In this document: one piece after another, positions 59,472 to 64,000 of the stretch
How positions within the stretch are numbered: the stretch's first letter is position 1
How the letters are laid out: each line of letters starts with the position of its first letter
Assembly (NCBI GenBank): GCA_964540095.1
Contig: CAZILH010000001.1
Coordinates: forward strand, 2,552-66,551
Length of the DNA: 64,000 bases
DNA from: an uncultured Gammaproteobacteria bacterium
GTDB lineage: Bacteria; Patescibacteriota; Patescibacteriia; UBA1558; GWA2-36-10
Direction: 5' to 3'
Made by a program: the position numbers and the translations under genes
Notes under the pieces: generated by a model
The model's input: only the letters and a program-made list of their open reading frames with translations
Database searches by the model: none
What the model was told of the DNA's origin: nothing

Positions 59472-59855
59472 ATGTATCAATATATTATTTCCTTATTTCT
59501 ATTGTTGCCTTTTACTGCCCTAGCAGTGAATCCTTTGGACTCTTTGAATGAAGCGGCTGGAGGCACTGGCTTGGTGAGTAATAAAACTCCGATTCAAATT
59601 ATTACCTCCATTATCAACACCATCCTTTATTTTGTGGGGGCCATAGTTATTGTTCTGATGCTTTGGGCGGGTTTCAAGTGGATGACCTCAGCTGGCAACA
59701 CCGACGCCATCAAAAAATCTAGAGAAACTATTATCAATGCCGTGATTGGCTTGGTAATTATTTTCGCTTCATATGTAATAGTCAATTATGTAATGCTAAG
59801 ATTGATTGAGGGTATTGGTGTTGGGGGTGTAACGGGCTCCACGGTTATTGATTAA
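59472..59855 (+). CDS. pilin-like 2-TM small secreted protein (VirB2/TrbC-like), paralog 4
   Basis: Sec signal (ALA-VNP); core ILYFVGAIVIVLMLWAGFKWMTSAGNTDAIKKSRETIINAVIGLVIIFASYVIVNYV. Confidence 0.5.
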   Translation: MYQYIISLFLLLPFTALAVNPLDSLNEAAGGTGLVSNKTPIQIITSIINTILYFVGAIVIVLMLWAGFKWMTSAGNTDAIKKSRETIINAVIGLVIIFASYVIVNYVMLRLIEGIGVGGVTGSTVID

Positions 59856-59887
59856 TTAATATTAGATTTTTATAAAAATAAATAACG

Positions 59888-59916
59888 GCTCCAATCTATC
59901 ATCGATTGGAGCCGTG
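59888..59916. terminator. bidirectional terminator hairpin ggctccaatc/gattggagcc
   Basis: 10-bp perfect stem, A-run upstream (T-run on minus strand) between convergent pilin paralog 4 and GC-rich lipoprotein gene. Confidence 0.55.
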
Positions 59917-59935
59917 TTGTGACACCGCGGTGATC

Positions 59936-60583
59936 CTAGTGGATCAAGAACACTGCGTCGACAGCGCGACCTTTATAAGGCACCTTATGGCCAGGTGCCA
60001 AGTAATGATAGCGATGTCCTATTGTGGCATAGGTGTTTGCGTTTGCGAGTCGCCAGCTGAGAAAGTACTCACCATCGACAACGAACAAGGTTTTGTCCTC
60101 AAAGGTTTTGAGGATAAAGGTATTACCTCGCCCATCAGCAAAGCTCAGGGGCATCGGGCTGGTGTTCTCCACAACGATTTCCAACTTTGCCCAGTTGCGG
60201 AGTAGATCCTCGGTGATGGTGATGGCTTGGTTGAATAGGCCAACACCCCTGTAGTGTTGTACTCGCAACTCGCCGTTGTAGCCAACCACTTCCTTCCAGG
60301 AGACTTCGTAGTCGAAGTACTTCTTGGAGGTGAACTCGACTGGCAGGGAGTCCCTGTAGGCCACCGGCATGAAAACCCCGCCATTCACAGCGATCGATAC
60401 CCAGCCGTCGTATTGCTGGTAAAAACCGATGCTGGTGATCGGTTTATCATCCCCGTAGGGATGATCCAACGGGCGACCTTCTCGGTCTTGGTAATCGACA
60501 CCCAGGCCAAAGGGCAGGCGGCCAGCGCAGCCACAGAGCGGTAGCAGGGCCACCAGGCACAGGGAAACAAACACGTTACGCAT
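59936..60583 (-). CDS. GC-rich cassette: lipoprotein of unknown function
   Basis: Consensus TTGACA-17-TATAAT promoter and GAGGTG RBS upstream (RC of ~60584-60680); lipobox LPLCGC; about 55% GC. Confidence 0.5.
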   Translation of the reverse strand: MRNVFVSLCLVALLPLCGCAGRLPFGLGVDYQDREGRPLDHPYGDDKPITSIGFYQQYDGWVSIAVNGGVFMPVAYRDSLPVEFTSKKYFDYEVSWKEVVGYNGELRVQHYRGVGLFNQAITITEDLLRNWAKLEIVVENTSPMPLSFADGRGNTFILKTFEDKTLFVVDGEYFLSWRLANANTYATIGHRYHYLAPGHKVPYKGRAVDAVFLIH

Positions 60584-60730
60584 ATAGCACCTCACTTGTT
60601 CAAGGTTCGGATTCATGCCCAAAATAGGGCTTTTACTAACATTATATTATATACTAAATATCAATATTTGTCAATGTCACACTTTAAAAACAAGCCGACG
60701 GCTTGAATTTGGTGTGCTATAATTATACTG

Positions 60731-62620
60731 ATGAATTTTGTCAGTAGAATAAAATTCGACATAACCAAACACAGCCCAAGATATCTGTGGGGCAGTATTC
60801 TGGTCTTTATTTTGTTTTTTACTTTTTTGGTTCTCAAGAAATATTATTATTTTGGTTACAACATTTCTGACTTGGGTATTTTTAACCAAACTTTTTTCAA
60901 TACTTTACATGGTCGTTGGTTTGCTGAAACCATTACCTTGAACAATTATCTAGCTGATCATTTTTCACCGGCCCTGCTTTTGCTGTTGCCGTTTTATGCC
61001 ATCAAGCCATCAGCCAGCACCTTGCTGATTATTCAAGTGATAATTACCGCTCTATCAGCTTGGCCAATTTATCTTATTGCCAAAAAATATTCTAGCAATG
61101 TCATCTTTGCTTATGGCGTAGCTTTTTTGTGGCTGACCAATCCTTTTGTGCATCGTCAGGTATTATTTGAGTTTCATATGTTGCACCTGATGGTCTTTTT
61201 GTTTTTTTGGGCTTTTTATTTTTATCAGCAAAAAAAGACCAAGTGGTTTGTATTGTTTTTCATTCTCACCCTACTTACTCGTGAAGATACTGCTTTTTTG
61301 TTTTTGGGTCTGGCCTTGTTTAGTTTGTTAGAAAAAAGGTCACTAAAGTTTAGTATAAATATTTTTATTAGCTCATTAGTATATTTTTTGGTGGCGGTTT
61401 ATATTATCAGTTTGGTTTCGCCAGCCAATAGTTTCAAATTTTTGGTATATTATGATTGGCTGGGGGGCGATAGCATGTTTAGCATTATTTTTAACTGGCT
61501 GAAGCACCCCTTGGCCGTGCTTGGTCACATTTTTACCACAAATAATATTGTTCTTATTTTTTATTATTTTTTACCATTTCTTTTTATTCCGTTTTTAGCC
61601 AAAAAATATTTACTTTTGTCGCTAGTTCCATTTTTGTTATATCTGATGAAGAATGGTGGCATCAATGGCGTCCAGTTACAAACGCACTATGTCATGTTTT
61701 TGATGCCCGGAATTTTCTTGGCCTATATTTTTGGGCTTTGGTTCATATTTAGTAAAAAAAATGTTCAAAAATTAGGACTGGTTTATAAACACCGGCCATT
61801 TTTTATTGCCCTATTTGTTTTTTCAATTTTATTTTTTGTGATATTTGACACACCCATTTTTTCAGTACTTAGCAAGAAATTTTTACCAAATTACCATCAA
61901 GATAGGCAAAAAATAATTGACCTAATTCCAGCCCAGGCAACAGTGTGCGCGGATTCGTCATTTTTACCGGCCTTGAGCACACGCAGAGAGATCTACAATA
62001 TTGATTATGCTTATTACGGCAAGACAATATTTGCGGAAAGAGATTTTAGCTTGCCAAAAGTAGATTATATCTTGATGGATATGAGCCAATTTATTTCCAC
62101 CAAAAATGATAGTAATAGCCCGCTATATTGGAAACATGGCGATCCACTGACTATGCCGGATCGCTGGGGGGCTGTTTTGGCGGATTACAACTTGACTTAT
62201 GCCAAAGATAATATTTTTTTGTGGCAGAGCAAGGGCACTTCTGGCCAAAAGGGCTGGCCTTATTTTGAGCTTGGGTCAGTGGCGAGCGGAGAAGATGGTC
62301 TGCTCAAGGACTGGTCATTAACACGGTCTTCTGAAGGGCAGACATTAAAAATAAATTACAATAATTTGGACTCCAATTATTATCTAGTCAGATTTTATCA
62401 GAACGACCAATATTGGGAAGTGCTTTTTGATTATGGGCTTTATTCTTTGGCACAAAACAAAGCCGGGCAAACAGCAACAGTTTATTATTATTTGAACAGC
62501 CAAGTTGACTCCTTTGAGATTTATCATTATGAGAGTCGCAATGTTTTGGGCGACTGGAGTAACTTGGGCCTGCTTATCAAAAGAGAAAAAGTATTTGACA
62601 GAGCTTATTTTAGCCAATAA
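60731..62620 (+). CDS. large polytopic membrane protein, putative GT-C-type glycosyltransferase (ArnT/PMT/DUF2079-like) with C-terminal soluble domain
   Basis: About 11 TM helices in N-terminal 430 aa plus about 190-aa extracytoplasmic domain; classification by architecture only. Confidence 0.45.
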   Translation: MNFVSRIKFDITKHSPRYLWGSILVFILFFTFLVLKKYYYFGYNISDLGIFNQTFFNTLHGRWFAETITLNNYLADHFSPALLLLLPFYAIKPSASTLLIIQVIITALSAWPIYLIAKKYSSNVIFAYGVAFLWLTNPFVHRQVLFEFHMLHLMVFLFFWAFYFYQQKKTKWFVLFFILTLLTREDTAFLFLGLALFSLLEKRSLKFSINIFISSLVYFLVAVYIISLVSPANSFKFLVYYDWLGGDSMFSIIFNWLKHPLAVLGHIFTTNNIVLIFYYFLPFLFIPFLAKKYLLLSLVPFLLYLMKNGGINGVQLQTHYVMFLMPGIFLAYIFGLWFIFSKKNVQKLGLVYKHRPFFIALFVFSILFFVIFDTPIFSVLSKKFLPNYHQDRQKIIDLIPAQATVCADSSFLPALSTRREIYNIDYAYYGKTIFAERDFSLPKVDYILMDMSQFISTKNDSNSPLYWKHGDPLTMPDRWGAVLADYNLTYAKDNIFLWQSKGTSGQKGWPYFELGSVASGEDGLLKDWSLTRSSEGQTLKINYNNLDSNYYLVRFYQNDQYWEVLFDYGLYSLAQNKAGQTATVYYYLNSQVDSFEIYHYESRNVLGDWSNLGLLIKREKVFDRAYFSQ

Positions 62621-62624
62621 TTAG

Positions 62625-63920
62625 CTAGTAAGCTATTTTATAAATTAGAAAATATTTATCTTCATAGGATAAGGAAATATTCCGGTCTTTTTTTATATTG
62701 GTGATTAAGTTTTCGTGCCGATTTTTTTCCACAAAAATATAGCTACTTTTAAAATTATTTTTGATTTCCCAAGCGAGATTGTCTTTTAGGTCGCCCTTGG
62801 TGATATCAATGTATTTTTTTTGTAAATCCGGATGCGAAAAATACATAAAAGAAAAATCTAAGCCAACAATATAATAATTGTGGTCGTTATAATAAAAAAG
62901 CATTGGCCACTCGTCCCAGTCCTCGTGGAAGATTACGCTATTTTTGGGGGTGTTGTTTTTTAGCCAATTGGCACTTGACTGGTAGCGATCAATTGAGAGA
63001 TCTTTGGGTGTTTTGGTATCTAATATTTTTTTGTAAATATTTGGTTGCGCAATAATACAAAAAACAGCCAAATAAATTAATAAAAATGTTTTTTGCCATT
63101 TAAGCAGAGAGCGCAAGTATTTGGTAATTGTTTTAAAGCCAATTTTTTTAATAATATCAGTCCAAGCACTGGCTGTAAAAATTAATAAAAAAGGAAGATA
63201 ATATTCAACAAAGCGGTATGATTTTAGGGTCAATAACAAAAATAAAAAGCTTAGCAAAAAACTAAACCAGCTTAAATGGCTAATTTTTTTGTAATTGAAA
63301 AACAAAATTATTATGGCCATGATTCCCAAAATAAAAAAATAATCGCCCGAATGTATTACTTGCGGGATTGAGCGACCATACCACTCGCCACCAACAGAAA
63401 AAAGATAGCCATAGTTAATGACTCCGATTAGAAAAAATTGTTCGTAATAAAATTTTAGATTATAAGGAAAGTAGGGGTTGATTATTACGCCAGCCAACAA
63501 ACCGCTCATCAAGAATAGTAAGGTTTTTTTATCAGCAATGAATTTGTTTTTATCATCCCAAGATATGAGTAGGCGCCGGTGAAAGAGCTTGATTTTTTTG
63601 TGGTGTATAAAATCGTAAATGGTTGTCGCTAGCAAAAAAATAAGTCCCAGCAAAAAGGCGATCGGCCAGCCACCATAGAGCCAAACAAAAAGAAATCCCA
63701 AAGTAAAAATCAGCCAGCGCTTTTTGTAATACAAAGCATAAATAAAAAAGCAGATAAATATTAAAGATAAGCTATTTACTTTGATTAGGGTTAGGCGAAA
63801 AGTAAGATCTGGCAAGCTGATTAGCAAAAAAGCCCACAACCACGGCCAGACAATGTTTAGCTTTTTAAATAGCCAGTAGAAAGTTAGCCCCATTAAAGCG
63901 GCAAAAAATACTGTGGCCAC
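62625..63920 (-). CDS. polytopic membrane protein, putative GT-C-like glycosyltransferase/polymerase
   Basis: About 10 TM helices followed by C-terminal soluble domain; convergent with preceding gene. Confidence 0.4.
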   Translation of the reverse strand: MATVFFAALMGLTFYWLFKKLNIVWPWLWAFLLISLPDLTFRLTLIKVNSLSLIFICFFIYALYYKKRWLIFTLGFLFVWLYGGWPIAFLLGLIFLLATTIYDFIHHKKIKLFHRRLLISWDDKNKFIADKKTLLFLMSGLLAGVIINPYFPYNLKFYYEQFFLIGVINYGYLFSVGGEWYGRSIPQVIHSGDYFFILGIMAIIILFFNYKKISHLSWFSFLLSFLFLLLTLKSYRFVEYYLPFLLIFTASAWTDIIKKIGFKTITKYLRSLLKWQKTFLLIYLAVFCIIAQPNIYKKILDTKTPKDLSIDRYQSSANWLKNNTPKNSVIFHEDWDEWPMLFYYNDHNYYIVGLDFSFMYFSHPDLQKKYIDITKGDLKDNLAWEIKNNFKSSYIFVEKNRHENLITNIKKDRNISLSYEDKYFLIYKIAY

Positions 63921-64000
63921 CTTGACCCCGATTAACGGTGATTGAATGTAGGTAAAAGGGACTAATAATAGATGATAAAGCAGGTGGTGGTCAGTAAAGT

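Noticed and set aside
2340-60680. Interpretation of the GC-rich islands as metagenome mis-assembly or contamination chimeras
   Set aside because: Each island is short (0.5-1.5 kb), flanked on both sides by AT-rich host sequence in the same contig, and uses AT-rich host-type promoters with SD sequences placed precisely before the GC-rich ORF; about ten independent chimeric joins in 64 kb is implausible, though read-level validation is still advisable
1-64000. CRISPR arrays, cas genes, IS elements/transposases, integrases, DGR reverse transcriptase
   Set aside because: No regularly spaced direct repeats, no transposase/integrase/RT motifs found by eye; the short direct repeats at 28920-29110 are too few and irregular for CRISPR

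Overview
This is an AT-rich (about 35% GC), gene-dense bacterial chromosome segment using the standard genetic code. Gene content and architecture suggest a reduced Patescibacteria/CPR-like (Parcubacteria-type) genome. Evidence for that: short SMC and DnaA, many small exported proteins, lamin-tail-domain surface proteins, no rimM or rplS in the rpsP-trmD operon, and a NusB-NUDIX fusion. The core backbone includes the replication-origin neighbourhood (yidC-yidD-rnpA-rpmH on the minus strand, then a putative oriC, then dnaA-dnaN on the plus strand). It also carries rpoB-rpoC, ftsK, recA, ruvA, smc, rnc, rpmF, rpsP, trmD, ssb, rnhB, gdh, trxB-trxA-csoR, three tRNAs, and a cell-envelope/glycan cluster (flippase, Wzy_C protein, galU, solute-binding protein, FemAB, Mur ligase). 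The most unusual feature is a set of at least 10 short GC-rich (about 50-66% GC) single-gene or two-gene cassettes scattered between housekeeping genes. Each encodes a small membrane-anchored, lipoprotein or secreted protein and ends in a strong GC-rich intrinsic terminator; most have a near-consensus AT-rich sigma70 promoter and Shine-Dalgarno site. This organisation resembles phage 'morons' or host-derived effector cassettes. Three of these cassettes abut tRNA genes. Other notable points: a tandem array of four paralogous two-transmembrane-helix, Sec-signal pilin-like proteins (VirB2/TrbC-like topology), one fused to a Cys-rich domain, lies next to the glycosylation-type membrane proteins. 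Two tandem GC-rich structured non-coding transcription units sit between rnc and smc, each with a consensus promoter and terminator. Several additional orphan promoter-terminator units may be small RNAs. Coordinates of hairpins and promoters that I located by eye may be off by 1-2 nt.
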